Shown one piece after another: positions 16,994 through 26,987 of a stretch of DNA of 64,000 nt (its first letter is position 1; every line of letters starts with the position of its first letter). Below the pieces are notes generated by a model. It did no database searches. It saw nothing but the letters and a program-made list of their open reading frames with translations, and was not told the DNA's origin. The stretch comes from a virus: positions 1,291 to 65,290 of the IMG/VR virus record IMGVR_UViG_3300050120_000053; one strand, 5' to 3'. Position numbers and translations under genes: made by a program.

Positions 16994-18394
16994 GTGCTTC
17001 ATACCGATTACGAATCGTTCATTGCCAGCAAACAACTGGCCGACGTGCCGACTGGCTTTGACTGCGATGTTCCGGTCGGTCCGCTATTCGACTTTCAAGC
17101 CGCGTGCGTGAAGTGGGCACTGAAGCGCGGCCGCGCGGCGCTGTTCGAGGATACCGGTCTCGGCAAGACGCTGCAGCAGGCGATGTGGGCATACCACGTC
17201 TGCGAGCACACGGGCGGAAACGTCATCATTGCGGCCCCTCTCTGCGTCGCACAACAGACCGTCGAGGAAGCGGCGAAGTTCGGCATCACGATCAAGTATT
17301 GCCGGCATGACAGCGAAGTCGAGGACGGCATTACGATCACGAACTACGAAATGCTTGAGCACTTCGAGTTGGAATCGTTCGTCGGCGTCGTGCTGGACGA
17401 GTCGAGCATCCTGAAAGGCCACACGAGCAAAACCCGCGCTTTCATCACGGAAGCTTTTCGCCGAACACCGTACAAGCTGTCATGCACGGCCACGCCAAGC
17501 CCCAACGACTGGATGGAACTCGGCAACCAGGCGGAATTCCTCGGTGTCATGACGTCGGTCGAAATGCTCTCAACGTTCTTTACCCATGATGGCGGTGATA
17601 CCGGCAAGTGGCGCCTGAAGGGTCACGGCAAGGTCAAGTTTTGGGAGTGGATGGCCACGTGGTCGATTTGCATCCGCAGCCCTGCAGATCTCGGTTTCGA
17701 CGGCGATCGCTACATTCTGCCGCCGCTGACGCTGGTCGAGCATACGGTATCGAGCGAATCGCTTCTGGAAGGTCAGCTGTTCCCGATCGTCGCGCAGACG
17801 TTGACCGAACGCCGTCAGGCGAAGCGCGCAAGCCTGGCGGACCGGCTCGAAGTCGCTGTGAAGCTTGCTCGTGAGTCAGACGGCCCTTACATCATCTGGT
17901 GCCACCTGAACGACGAATCGGAAGCGCTCGCCGCGATCCTGACTGATGCCGTCGAGGTAACGGGCTCGATGACTGCCGACGAGAAAACCCGCCGCATCAT
18001 GGATTTCACGCATGGCAAGGTTCGCGGCCTGATCAGCAAAAGCTCGATCTGTGGCTTCGGCATGAACTGGCAACACTGCCGCCAAATGATCTTTGCGGGC
18101 ATGGACGATTCCTTCGAGAAGTACTACCAAGCCGTGCGCCGGTGCTATCGATTCGGCCAGACGCAGCCCGTCTCGGTCCACATCATCACCGCTGATACGG
18201 AAGGTGCTGTGAAAGACAACATCGCGCGCAAGCAAGCGCAGAGCGATTCGATGGCTGGCGAGATGGTCGCCTACATGCGCGAGCTCACAAAGAAGCAGAT
18301 CGAAGGGGCCAAGAGTGGTACCGAGGCTTACCGTCCAGCGCGCCCAATGGAAATGCCCGAATGGATTTTCCGAAATATGGAGTCAGTTCAATGA
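16994..18394 (+). CDS. SF2 (SNF2-like) helicase
   Basis: FEDTGLGKT (Walker A), VLDESS (Walker B), CTATPSPND, YQAVRRCYRFGQ. Confidence 0.88.
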   Translation: MLHTDYESFIASKQLADVPTGFDCDVPVGPLFDFQAACVKWALKRGRAALFEDTGLGKTLQQAMWAYHVCEHTGGNVIIAAPLCVAQQTVEEAAKFGITIKYCRHDSEVEDGITITNYEMLEHFELESFVGVVLDESSILKGHTSKTRAFITEAFRRTPYKLSCTATPSPNDWMELGNQAEFLGVMTSVEMLSTFFTHDGGDTGKWRLKGHGKVKFWEWMATWSICIRSPADLGFDGDRYILPPLTLVEHTVSSESLLEGQLFPIVAQTLTERRQAKRASLADRLEVAVKLARESDGPYIIWCHLNDESEALAAILTDAVEVTGSMTADEKTRRIMDFTHGKVRGLISKSSICGFGMNWQHCRQMIFAGMDDSFEKYYQAVRRCYRFGQTQPVSVHIITADTEGAVKDNIARKQAQSDSMAGEMVAYMRELTKKQIEGAKSGTEAYRPARPMEMPEWIFRNMESVQ

Positions 18395-19275
18395 ATGTTA
18401 TCGACCAGGCGATTGATGATCGATTCAGCCTTTACAACGCCGATTGCGTGGACGTTGCGCGCGCTCTGCCCGATGCGTCGATCGACTTCTCGGTGTACAG
18501 CCCGCCATTTGAATCTCTGTTCGTGTTCAGCAATTCCGAGCGCGACATGGGGAACAACGCATCGAGCGCGGACTTCTGGACGCACTACCGGTTCCTGATT
18601 GCCGAACACATGCGCATCATGAAGCCCGGTCGGCTGGTGGCGATCCACTGCATGAATCTGCCGACGTCCAAGACGCGCGATGGCTATATCGGGTTGAAGG
18701 ATTTTCGCGGCGAGATCATCCGTGCGCATCAAGCCGCGGGTTTCATCTATCACTCGGAAGTGTGCATCTGGAAAGACCCGGTAGTCGCCATGCAACGCAC
18801 GAAGGCGCTTGGCTTGCTCTACAAGCAATTGCGCAAAGACAGCGCCATGAGCCGCCAGGGCATCGCCGATTACCTTGTCGTGATGCGCAAGCCCGGCGAC
18901 AACCCGGAGCCAGTCACGCACACGCATGAAAGCCTGCCGGTCGATCTGTGGCAACGCTACGCCTCGCCCGTCTGGATGGACATTAACCAGTCCAAGACGC
19001 TGCAGTACATGAGCGCACGGGAGACGGACGATGAACGCCATATCTCGCCGCTACAGCTCGAAGTTATTGAGCGCGCGATCGACCTGTGGACGAACCCGAA
19101 CGACCTGGTTTATACGCCGTTCCTTGGCATCGGCAGCGAGGTCTACACCGCACTCAAGATGGGGCGCCGCGGCATCGGATCGGAACTGAAGTCGTCTTAC
19201 TTCAAGCTGGCTGTCGAGAACTGCAAAAGTGCCGTGGTTGATAACCAGGGCGATCTGTTCGCGGAACAAGCATGA
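18391..19275 (+). CDS. DNA methyltransferase (N4-C/N6-A)
   Basis: VYSPPF catalytic motif, TPFLGIGS SAM-binding motif. Confidence 0.88.
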   Translation: MNVIDQAIDDRFSLYNADCVDVARALPDASIDFSVYSPPFESLFVFSNSERDMGNNASSADFWTHYRFLIAEHMRIMKPGRLVAIHCMNLPTSKTRDGYIGLKDFRGEIIRAHQAAGFIYHSEVCIWKDPVVAMQRTKALGLLYKQLRKDSAMSRQGIADYLVVMRKPGDNPEPVTHTHESLPVDLWQRYASPVWMDINQSKTLQYMSARETDDERHISPLQLEVIERAIDLWTNPNDLVYTPFLGIGSEVYTALKMGRRGIGSELKSSYFKLAVENCKSAVVDNQGDLFAEQA

Positions 19276-19460
19276 CCAGCGAGCGCCAAGCAGTCGACAA
19301 GGCTCTAGCCAAGTACGACCTAGCGACCAATAAGACCGCCGTGCTCGCGCTTGAACTGCTCAGTACCACGGCGCAAATGGTGGCCGTCGACTTGGATCAG
19401 GAAATTTCGTATCTGGCGAATGGGTATCTGATTACACGCGCGCCAGCGAAAAGTGCTTAG
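19272..19460 (+). CDS. Hypothetical phage protein
   Basis: ATGA overlap with the methyltransferase stop. Confidence 0.55.
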   Translation: MTSERQAVDKALAKYDLATNKTAVLALELLSTTAQMVAVDLDQEISYLANGYLITRAPAKSA

Positions 19461-19498
19461 TCCGCGCACCTACTGCGACACTTTTAGGAGAATGAAAG

Positions 19499-20041
19499 AT
19501 GAGCAACAGATTGACGCAACATGACCGCAACTCGTTTATCAGCGCAGTTTTGAATGATGTCCCGATGATCGACTATGACGAACAAGCTCGCGAGAAAGTG
19601 CAGAAATTTGCCCTCACGCTGCTTCCGGAAGGGGTCTCAGCTGCATTGAAGGCATTCCCGGATTGGTTCATGGTGACCATGTATATATCGCTTCCCGGAA
19701 CGTTGAACAATTGCTCTGTGACAGCGAAAGACCGCAACGAGTTCGATAAGCAGTTGAAGGCAAATAAGAAACTTTGGGCAGAACTGGTTGCGATGGAAAA
19801 GGCGAAGAACGCACAGGGCACCATTCGTTCGAATCTTCGCGAAAAGGTGCGTGGGCTGGCATATAGCTGCACGACCGTAAATGCGCTCGAAACCCGCGCG
19901 CCCGAGTTCAAAAAGTATCTCGGCAAATCGACACCTGTCGTAGATCGCTCCGTTCCCGTTGTGCAGAACATCGTCGCTGATCTCGCGAAGGCTGGTTGGC
20001 CGAAGGATCAGAAGAAGCCAGCAGCACGCAAAGCAGCATAA
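19499..20041 (+). CDS. Nmad5-like (nucleotide-modification-associated) protein
   Basis: RLT..DR..FI.AVL.DVP.IDY.EQ N-terminus recalled for this family. Confidence 0.55.
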   Translation: MSNRLTQHDRNSFISAVLNDVPMIDYDEQAREKVQKFALTLLPEGVSAALKAFPDWFMVTMYISLPGTLNNCSVTAKDRNEFDKQLKANKKLWAELVAMEKAKNAQGTIRSNLREKVRGLAYSCTTVNALETRAPEFKKYLGKSTPVVDRSVPVVQNIVADLAKAGWPKDQKKPAARKAA

Positions 20042-20110
20042 CCCCGCACCCTACCCGCTGCGTCGGGGATGCGGGTTGGCGGGATTGAAAACACATATTG
20101 GAGCGACGAA

Positions 20111-21145
20111 ATGAGCAAGCCGTTTGTCATGAGTCAAGACGATGCCGTAGAGCTTTGGAATTCAGCATCCGGCGATTACTTTGAAGCACAGTTGGTTGAC
20201 TACGCCGCAAAGGCAATCAACTTCTTTACCGACATGATGCCCGGTAGCGCTTCGAATACTACGGCTTACGAATGTAATAACGAGGCTTGTGGCTGGTGCG
20301 GAAAGCGAGACGACACGGTTCATCCAAAACACGATCAAAGCACGCTGCTTTGTCCTCAGTGCTATGAAACGACAGAACCCACCCCCTCACCGATCTCGGA
20401 TCAAGTCGCCGTATTGGCAGACGATCAACCTGTTGCTTATCTAATGTCTCCGCCGTGCGAGGGCTCGTTCTGCACCGTCCACACAACGGGCGATCGGAAT
20501 GCCTTAGAAGAGCACGGCTGGACTTTCTACAACGAAGTGCGTAACGAATTCACCGCTCCGGCGCCGGTACTTCAAGCCGTTGCGTGGAGGATGCCAAACG
20601 CATTTTCAAGACATCGCCACGATAAATGGCGCATCAGCCAAGACTTAGACGATTTTCCTGAGAATGGAGAATGGCTCTACGCCGCCCCGCCTGCCAATGC
20701 GCTTGTCGCGAGCGTGCCGGTAGCATTCGATCAGCACGAAGTGGACCACGGAACTCACATTGAGATTGTTCCGCACTACGCGGACGATACCGAGATCGAT
20801 GCGAGACGTTACCGCTGGCTGCGTGATCCCGATGTCGATGTCGCGCTTGTGCTCGATAAGGTCACGGGGGAAGTTCCCACAACCGAAGGTTTGATCGGCG
20901 TCGGTTATAAGACCTATGAATACCGGTCGGGTGTTGAGTTGGACGCTGCCATCGATAAGGCCATCGGCGTCATAGCTTCGCCTGCCAGTCCCGCAGCGAG
21001 CGTGCTGACAGATGCGCAGCGAGATGCATTAGAGCGCGCTATCGTCGTGTTGCATCACCACCGGGATTTAGTAGGCATCAGCGAAAAGGCGGAGGTAACG
21101 ATTCGCGCCCTCCTTGCAGCGTCTATGGGCGGAGATCGGACATGA
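20111..21145 (+). CDS. Mosaic multi-module hypothetical protein
   Basis: CxxxxC..CxxC Zn ribbon, PVAY/AVAWR and DARRYRWLR modules. Confidence 0.65.
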   Translation: MSKPFVMSQDDAVELWNSASGDYFEAQLVDYAAKAINFFTDMMPGSASNTTAYECNNEACGWCGKRDDTVHPKHDQSTLLCPQCYETTEPTPSPISDQVAVLADDQPVAYLMSPPCEGSFCTVHTTGDRNALEEHGWTFYNEVRNEFTAPAPVLQAVAWRMPNAFSRHRHDKWRISQDLDDFPENGEWLYAAPPANALVASVPVAFDQHEVDHGTHIEIVPHYADDTEIDARRYRWLRDPDVDVALVLDKVTGEVPTTEGLIGVGYKTYEYRSGVELDAAIDKAIGVIASPASPAASVLTDAQRDALERAIVVLHHHRDLVGISEKAEVTIRALLAASMGGDRT

Positions 21146-21348
21146 GCACGCGCATCCCTTGTTCAGCCCTTCGCGCTGGCGAATGTCATAACGGGTTCCC
21201 AGTGACCGCAGCTTGTCATGGAATCGATGCGATGCCGCCGATTTGCATGCGCGAAGAATATTGCGGTCGAATCTATAACCATCTTGGCGGAACAACACTG
21301 GTGATCGCAAACGCGCTGAAAGCGTCTATGGGCGGAGATAAAGCATGA
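21142..21348 (+). CDS. Small Cys-rich hypothetical protein
   Basis: ATGA overlaps; ends ASMGGD like the upstream gene. Confidence 0.55.
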   Translation: MSTRIPCSALRAGECHNGFPVTAACHGIDAMPPICMREEYCGRIYNHLGGTTLVIANALKASMGGDKA

Positions 21349-22040
21349 CTGACAAACTTTTGCCGTGTCCACATTGCGGCTCGACTGCTCTTAAGACTGT
21401 CGGCAACGGTATCGGTGACACTTGGATCGAATGCATGTCGTGCGGCTGTGGGACTGGATTGTCCGAGTCGCACAAAGCTAATATTGATGCTTGGAACCGC
21501 CGTGTAGTCGCCCCCACGCAGGGCGCAGATGATACGCAAGTAGTAATTGCGGGTCTTAACGCTCTGCTTCATGACGCTCAGGATGAAATAGAGCGTCTGA
21601 CAGCCGCGCAGGGCGCAGATGCGCGACCTGTGGCGATCTATCAATCTCGCCTGCACACCGACGATGAACGATCATGGTCGGATTGCTACGAGGCAACGTT
21701 CTATGCCTGCAAAGCATACCCAGACAAGTATGCAACGCGCATCGTCTACGCCACCCTCGTCGCCGCGCCAATCATTACGCCTGAATCGGTCGGCTTACCG
21801 TCCTATCCGTCCGGTCATGTAGTTGGCCCGTGCGTGTGCGGAAGCTGGCCCGGTGGAGCGTGCTTGAAGTGCAAAGTGATCCCCGCACGCGACGCAGCGC
21901 CAAGCGTCACACAGGAAATGGTCTGGAGCGCGTACAACATGTGCCCGGATCATGTTCAAGGACAACCCGCGCGCATGCGATGGATGGCTGAGTTTATCAA
22001 TGCGGCTATCGCTGCTATCGCTCCAAGGGAAGAGACATGA
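21345..22040 (+). CDS. Lar-family restriction alleviation protein with C-terminal modules
   Basis: KLLPCPHCGS...IECMSCG...IDAWNRR. Confidence 0.75.
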   Translation: MTDKLLPCPHCGSTALKTVGNGIGDTWIECMSCGCGTGLSESHKANIDAWNRRVVAPTQGADDTQVVIAGLNALLHDAQDEIERLTAAQGADARPVAIYQSRLHTDDERSWSDCYEATFYACKAYPDKYATRIVYATLVAAPIITPESVGLPSYPSGHVVGPCVCGSWPGGACLKCKVIPARDAAPSVTQEMVWSAYNMCPDHVQGQPARMRWMAEFINAAIAAIAPREET

Positions 22041-23149
22041 CTGACCGCGAAGAGTTTGAGGCGTGGTGGACAAGGGATGTCCCGCCAGAATACATGGCCA
22101 CGGCGCGCATGCTGTTGACGCAATTGCCTGACAGCGCCTATGCAAGCGAACGCTGCCAGGCAGCATGGGAAGGTTGGCAAGCAGCCCGCGCCACTGCGGA
22201 ACAGAGCGAGATAACGTCGGAGCCTTTTGGCTATGTGTATCGAATAATCGGCGAGTCGCGACCGCATGATCCGATGTATCGGTTCGCGAAGACCGGGGAG
22301 TTAAACCCCGATCCTGAGGTTGTAAGAAGCTGGACGAAGCATGCTGTCTATCTAACGTCTCAAATCTCACGGAGCCGGGATAGCGTGATCGAGGCGTGTG
22401 CGCAGGAGGCCGACAAGCTTTCGGTCAAGTATTGGGCTGACTACAAGCGCGGGAAAGGACCAGAGCGCGCCAACCCGTACTTCGAAGGCAAGTCAGACGG
22501 TGCAGAGGATTCGGCGGACGCTATTCGCGCCCTTAAGTCGCAACAAGACGCTGCTATCGAGCCAAAGCCAGCGGAACAGAGCCTGGATCGCATCGATGCT
22601 CAGAGGTATCGGTGGCTGCGGGCACAGCACTGGAACGAATCAAATATGGCCGTGGTTTGCGATCCGAAGAAGTCGGTCAAGCTTGGATACGATTGCCCGA
22701 GCGGTGAACGCCTAGACGAAATCATCGATGCGTCTATCGCTGCTAGCGTTCGAACCGCAATGAAAGCTGCCGTTGGGAAACACCTTAAGTCGCAACAAGA
22801 CGCGGCTATCGAGTTGAAGCCTGCGGAACAGAGCAAACCAGCGGCGAAGAAACGAGATGAATCATGGCTCGATGCGGTCCATGGAAAGCGGTCTATGACT
22901 GAACGCACTGCGTCGGGGCCTGAATTGCTTGAACGCCTCGCTGCAAGTCAGAAGCTGGAAGACGTTTCCAACGGGCAATGGGCCGAGATCCATAAAGAAC
23001 TGGCCGAAAAGACGCTGGCTCAGGTGCGTGAAATTCTGACAGATTCCGCGATCCCTCACGTCGCTGTCCGTGTTTGTCGTGCGCTCGAAAAGATCGACTT
23101 GATCATTCCGAATGCTGGTGCTGCTATCGCTCCAAAGGACAAGACATGA
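22037..23149 (+). CDS. Mosaic multi-module hypothetical protein
   Basis: REEFEAWW, WEGWQAARA, RYRWLR and duplicated KSQQDAAIE.KPAEQS modules. Confidence 0.65.
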   Translation: MTDREEFEAWWTRDVPPEYMATARMLLTQLPDSAYASERCQAAWEGWQAARATAEQSEITSEPFGYVYRIIGESRPHDPMYRFAKTGELNPDPEVVRSWTKHAVYLTSQISRSRDSVIEACAQEADKLSVKYWADYKRGKGPERANPYFEGKSDGAEDSADAIRALKSQQDAAIEPKPAEQSLDRIDAQRYRWLRAQHWNESNMAVVCDPKKSVKLGYDCPSGERLDEIIDASIAASVRTAMKAAVGKHLKSQQDAAIELKPAEQSKPAAKKRDESWLDAVHGKRSMTERTASGPELLERLAASQKLEDVSNGQWAEIHKELAEKTLAQVREILTDSAIPHVAVRVCRALEKIDLIIPNAGAAIAPKDKT

Positions 23150-23694
23150 CTGAACCAATGCAAGAACCGTTGACAGAAGAATTCTTAGCTAAGTGGCAAG
23201 ATATTCAAAAGCACGGATATGACAGAGGGTGGCTAGGAATTGGCTGGGCTGCATGGCAAGCCGCCCGCGCCACCACAGAACAGAGCCTCGAAGCCTCCGC
23301 CATTTGCCAACGTCGCGCATCGGAAGCCCTCAGCAATCCGGCTATATCTGCGGATAGTAGGACAGCCGTGCATGCGGCTCTGGTGTGTGCGGCAGCGGAG
23401 ATCGCTGCTATTGAGTCGAGGGCAGCGGAACAGCGCGCCGATGCGTGGATTAGTGTCGATGAGCGGCTGCCAAAAGCATGCACCGAAGTCCTCGTATGGC
23501 GAGTCGATTCAGGTCCGTTCATCGCACAGCTTGTTGCGCCGTGTGACGTGCCAGACGCTGACGACGAATCCGATGATCTTCGCTGGCTTGCTGATGCTTA
23601 CGGATGGCAGGAAGGCAGTGAGAAGCCGACGCATTGGCAATCATTGCCACAAGGCCCGATAGTCGAGTCGCAACGAAGCGGGGATGGATCGTGA
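23146..23694 (+). CDS. DUF551-domain protein
   Basis: WISVDERLP...EVLVW...PTHWQSLP. Confidence 0.8.
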   Translation: MTEPMQEPLTEEFLAKWQDIQKHGYDRGWLGIGWAAWQAARATTEQSLEASAICQRRASEALSNPAISADSRTAVHAALVCAAAEIAAIESRAAEQRADAWISVDERLPKACTEVLVWRVDSGPFIAQLVAPCDVPDADDESDDLRWLADAYGWQEGSEKPTHWQSLPQGPIVESQRSGDGS

Positions 23695-24173
23695 GCACAT
23701 CGCAGTTGATTCTTGACCCGTGCTGTGGGAGCCGCATGTTCTGGTTCGATAAGAAAAATCAAGCGGTGCTGTTCGGGGATATTCGCGACGAAGAGCATGT
23801 GCTTTGTGACGGCCGGTCGCTGAACATTACGCCTGATGTACTGATGGACTTCCGCAAGTTGGAATTTGCGGCCGACAGTTTTCGCCTGGTCGTTTTCGAT
23901 CCGCCGCACTTGCGCAGAGCTGGCGCCGATAGCTGGCTGAAGGCGAAGTACGGGATTCTCTCGGACGACTGGCGCGAGGACTTGCGCCGCGGCTTTATCG
24001 AGTGTTTCCGGGTGCTGAAAGACGAAGGGATTTTGATCTTCAAATGGAACGAAACACAGATCAAGGTCAGCGAGATTCTAGCGTTGACCGATCAGAAACC
24101 ATTGTTTGGTCACGTGTCCGGGAAGCGCGCAAACACGCACTGGATCACGTTCATGAAAACCAGCGGCAAGTGA
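23691..24173 (+). CDS. Small SAM-dependent (adenine-type DNA) methyltransferase
   Basis: ILDPCCGSRMFWFDK...VVFDPPHL...LIFKWNE. Confidence 0.85.
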   Translation: MSTSQLILDPCCGSRMFWFDKKNQAVLFGDIRDEEHVLCDGRSLNITPDVLMDFRKLEFAADSFRLVVFDPPHLRRAGADSWLKAKYGILSDDWREDLRRGFIECFRVLKDEGILIFKWNETQIKVSEILALTDQKPLFGHVSGKRANTHWITFMKTSGK

Positions 24174-24195
24174 GTAACTCCCGCTACTAGCGGGA

Positions 24196-24420
24196 ATGGG
24201 GATAGAGATGAGTGAAACGAAAACACTAGGTGACGCGCTGCCAGAAGAAATTGCGCGAGTGACAGACCTGATCCCGATCTATGTGTCGATTGGTCCGGTC
24301 GGAACTATCGCGCTAATGATGATGCGGGCATCGCTTGGCCGAGCTACACGCGCCCTTGCCAGTGGCGACATATTGGAAATGATGGAGTGCCTAGTTGATC
24401 TGCAAGGTTATTCGGCATGA
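24196..24420 (+). CDS. Hypothetical phage protein
   Basis: TLGDALPEEIARV...IGPVG..A. Confidence 0.65.
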   Translation: MGIEMSETKTLGDALPEEIARVTDLIPIYVSIGPVGTIALMMMRASLGRATRALASGDILEMMECLVDLQGYSA

Positions 24421-24474
24421 GCCATAACGTGGAATCCGTACTTCAGATCGCGGCTGTTTATTTTGGGGTGAAGC

Positions 24475-24783
24475 ATGGGAATCGCATCAGGTAAGCGCAT
24501 CACGGCTAGGGAGGCGGCGGAGATCCTTGGCGTGCCGGACCATTTAATCTCCCGCCTTGATCCGCTCGGAAAGGTCATTAAGCGGTTCAAGCTGACACGC
24601 AAGACCCACGTTTATGACATCCAGTCTTTATATGAGTATCTTGAATCGTGCCAATCGAAACCATCACCAAAAATAAGCGCAAGCGCTACCGTTGGACGTT
24701 CAATCGCGTCATATCGGGATCTCGTGTCCGGCAAACCAAGCTTCTCCCTGAAGGAATTTCTGCCGCCGAAGCGGATGGGATAG
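24475..24783 (+). CDS. Excisionase-like HTH protein
   Basis: RITAREAAEILGVP...FKLTRKTHVYD; overlaps the 5' end of int. Confidence 0.65.
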   Translation: MGIASGKRITAREAAEILGVPDHLISRLDPLGKVIKRFKLTRKTHVYDIQSLYEYLESCQSKPSPKISASATVGRSIASYRDLVSGKPSFSLKEFLPPKRMG

Positions 24784-25643
24784 CTCGTCGGTGGGAGGCG
24801 GACATATACGCAATCGAAAATGGAGAAAGGAAAGCTACGATAACGATTGGTCAGTGCGTTAGGAAGCACGTTGCCGATAAAAGCCACACATGGAAAGATC
24901 GCCGTGGCCGGATTCTCGCACTGGAGAAGTGGAGCGCTGAATATGCCGATCAGGATGCGACAGACCTGCACGACTGGTCTATAGCGTTCGCAGAATATCT
25001 TCGATCAAACACTAACCACGTGAAAAATCCGAAGGTCCCCGTGGTCGACGGGACGATTCGCAACATCCTGTCGTACCTGCGCGCGGCCATGAAGTACGCT
25101 CACAAGTCGGGGTTCCTGTCGGTGGATCAAACGGTGCGCATGGTGATGCCGAGCGCCAGCAAGGCGCGGCACAACTATCCCCAGCGTAAGCAGATGCTGC
25201 AACTAGCAAGGAAATGCCAAGATCGTGAAGTGCGAGCGGCAATTCGGATAGCCTTCTATTCGGGCATGAGGCGCGGTGAAATATTGCGGGCGATCCCGAC
25301 GCCGAAGGGATTTGACTTGGCCACATCAAAGAACGGGCGCCCAAGAATTATCCCGATCCATCCTCGGATTGCTGTACTGGCTCGGAATGTGAAATTTACG
25401 ATCTCGGAAAGAAGGTTCAGCAACGAGTGGGACAAGGCACGTGCTTTAGCCGGGTTCCCGAATACGCGATTCCATGACTTGAGGCATAGCGCGGCATCGG
25501 AAATGATCAATGCAGGAATTGATATTTTGACGGTCGGCAAGGTACTCGGGCATACATCGATTACTTCAACGCAGCGCTACTCGCATCTGCTGACCGACAC
25601 TCTGTCGGGGGCAGTGAACAAGATCGGAAACAGGCGCAAATAG
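24648..25643 (+). CDS. int: Tyrosine integrase
   Basis: FYSGMRRGEI, KNG, RFHDLRHSAAS, VLGHTS...TQRYSH catalytic residues. Confidence 0.93.
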   Translation: MPIETITKNKRKRYRWTFNRVISGSRVRQTKLLPEGISAAEADGIARRWEADIYAIENGERKATITIGQCVRKHVADKSHTWKDRRGRILALEKWSAEYADQDATDLHDWSIAFAEYLRSNTNHVKNPKVPVVDGTIRNILSYLRAAMKYAHKSGFLSVDQTVRMVMPSASKARHNYPQRKQMLQLARKCQDREVRAAIRIAFYSGMRRGEILRAIPTPKGFDLATSKNGRPRIIPIHPRIAVLARNVKFTISERRFSNEWDKARALAGFPNTRFHDLRHSAASEMINAGIDILTVGKVLGHTSITSTQRYSHLLTDTLSGAVNKIGNRRK

Positions 25644-25677
25644 GGTGTGCATTTTTCTGCCGACAAGACATGCCCTA

Positions 25678-25921
25678 CTGTGTTTACCCACAGGATTGAC
25701 AGCGTCTTAGAGCCTTATGGAATGGTCGAAGCCTTACCCAGTAACTGTGCGGATGAACAGTCAGTTAGGATGCCAGATCCGGTTCACGAAAATCAGCAGA
25801 GAGCGCAAAACCTTTGATGCGCATGGCTTTGCGCGAATATCATATTTTTATTTTTGGAGGTAGTGGGCACTTTTCTGCCGTGCGCGCATTTTCTCTGCGA
25901 AGATACTGTATATCCAAACAG
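25678..25921. promoter_or_regulatory. Three LexA-type boxes (CTGT-N8-ACAG) in the expected att interval
   Basis: 25678-25693, 25745-25760, 25906-25921; the last is TACTGTATATCCAAACAGTA, 15 bp before an ATG. Confidence 0.75.
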
Positions 25922-25936
25922 TACCGAGAGCGCGCC

Positions 25937-26140
25937 ATGCACCACGTCAACCCATACGGCGAAGATCGGCCATGCTGGCTCTGTGAGCACTGGGGCGGCT
26001 GGGATTCGTCAGGCTGCTACGCCGTTTGCACGTACGATAATCACATCACCATCAAACAGGCGCCCCAACACGGATGTGCAATGTGGGTGAGAGCGATCGG
26101 CGCGGATGACGAGGATGACAAGCAGCGCGCGAAGGGCTGA
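25937..26140 (+). CDS. 67-aa Cys/His/Trp-rich protein, likely SOS-induced
   Basis: RPCWLCEHWGG...C...GCAMW; directly after the best LexA box. Confidence 0.7.
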   Translation: MHHVNPYGEDRPCWLCEHWGGWDSSGCYAVCTYDNHITIKQAPQHGCAMWVRAIGADDEDDKQRAKG

Positions 26141-26181
26141 GCGCTGTAGAGTGGGATTTTGCCGAGAGGCAGGGATAAATA

Positions 26182-26616
26182 ATGAAAGTATCCGATCTGG
26201 AGGGCGTGCGACTCGACTACTGGGTGGCACGTGCAGATGGGTATGCGGACGGAACCGTGAGCGAAGCCGCAGAGGCTCTTGACGGGGAAAGCGATCCTCG
26301 CATTTTTACGACGTCGGCCGGCAATCTACGGATAGCCCGGAAAGATACTGTCGCTGCATGGGCGCCATCGACAGATTGGGCGCAAGGCGGCCCGCTCCTC
26401 GCGCGTATGGTCGAAAGCGGCGAGTATTGCGTTTGGGAATATGACGGGGTTGTTACCGTTTCGAACCGCGATCCCGAATGCACGCCGAACAAAAGGCTTG
26501 AAAACGGCGAACTGGACTGGGAAGGAGAAAGTGTGCTCGGGGAAGGCCCAACGTTGCTAATAGCCGCCATGCGTGCCTTCGTGTCATCTAAGTACGGTGA
26601 GGAAGTGAAGGATTGA
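26182..26616 (+). CDS. NinX/DUF2591-family protein (paralogue 2)
   Basis: MKVSDLEGVRLDYWVARA...PSTDWAQGGPL...GPTLLIAAMRAFVSSKYGEEV. Confidence 0.82.
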   Translation: MKVSDLEGVRLDYWVARADGYADGTVSEAAEALDGESDPRIFTTSAGNLRIARKDTVAAWAPSTDWAQGGPLLARMVESGEYCVWEYDGVVTVSNRDPECTPNKRLENGELDWEGESVLGEGPTLLIAAMRAFVSSKYGEEVKD

Positions 26617-26666
26617 TGCGCCGCAGACTGCGGGCTGATTGATTTGCCGAGAGGCAGGAGACGAGT

Positions 26667-26951
26667 GTGAAAGTGAGCGAATTGTCGGGTGGCGAACTGG
26701 ATCTTTGGGTATCTCGCGCAGAGAACAGGAAGCTGGATATGTTGTACATGCCCTCTACCGATTGGGCTGTTGGCGGCCCAATAATCGAGCGTGAGCGAAT
26801 CGACATTCAACATGGCGGCTGGGAATGGGGAGCGTGGCGCGGCTCAAATCCTTTCTGGAGCCCAATAGGAGAGGCATTCGGACAAACGCCACTCGTCGCT
26901 GCAATGCGTGCTTACGTAGTCGGCAAGTTCGGCGAGGAAGTCTCGGATTAG
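26667..26951 (+). CDS. NinX/DUF2591-family protein (paralogue 3)
   Basis: MKVSELSGGELDLWVSRA...PSTDWAVGGPIIERE...GQTPLVAAMRAYV..KFGEEV. Confidence 0.82.
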   Translation: MKVSELSGGELDLWVSRAENRKLDMLYMPSTDWAVGGPIIERERIDIQHGGWEWGAWRGSNPFWSPIGEAFGQTPLVAAMRAYVVGKFGEEVSD

Positions 26952-26987
26952 GCTGATTGATCGTCGCTAATAGCGAGAGGAGAAGGG

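Noticed and set aside
16994-19275. DISARM/BREX-like defence system from the helicase plus methylase pair
   Set aside because: No other DISARM/BREX components; the pair lies in a CI-repressed lytic operon and is common in temperate phages.
25644-25936. att core / tRNA 3'-end duplication
   Set aside because: att is expected here, but no tRNA/tmRNA fragment or second core copy is recognisable. A short minus-strand frame ending ...IFVNRIWHPN* (about 25761-25815) might be a replaced host gene end but could not be identified.
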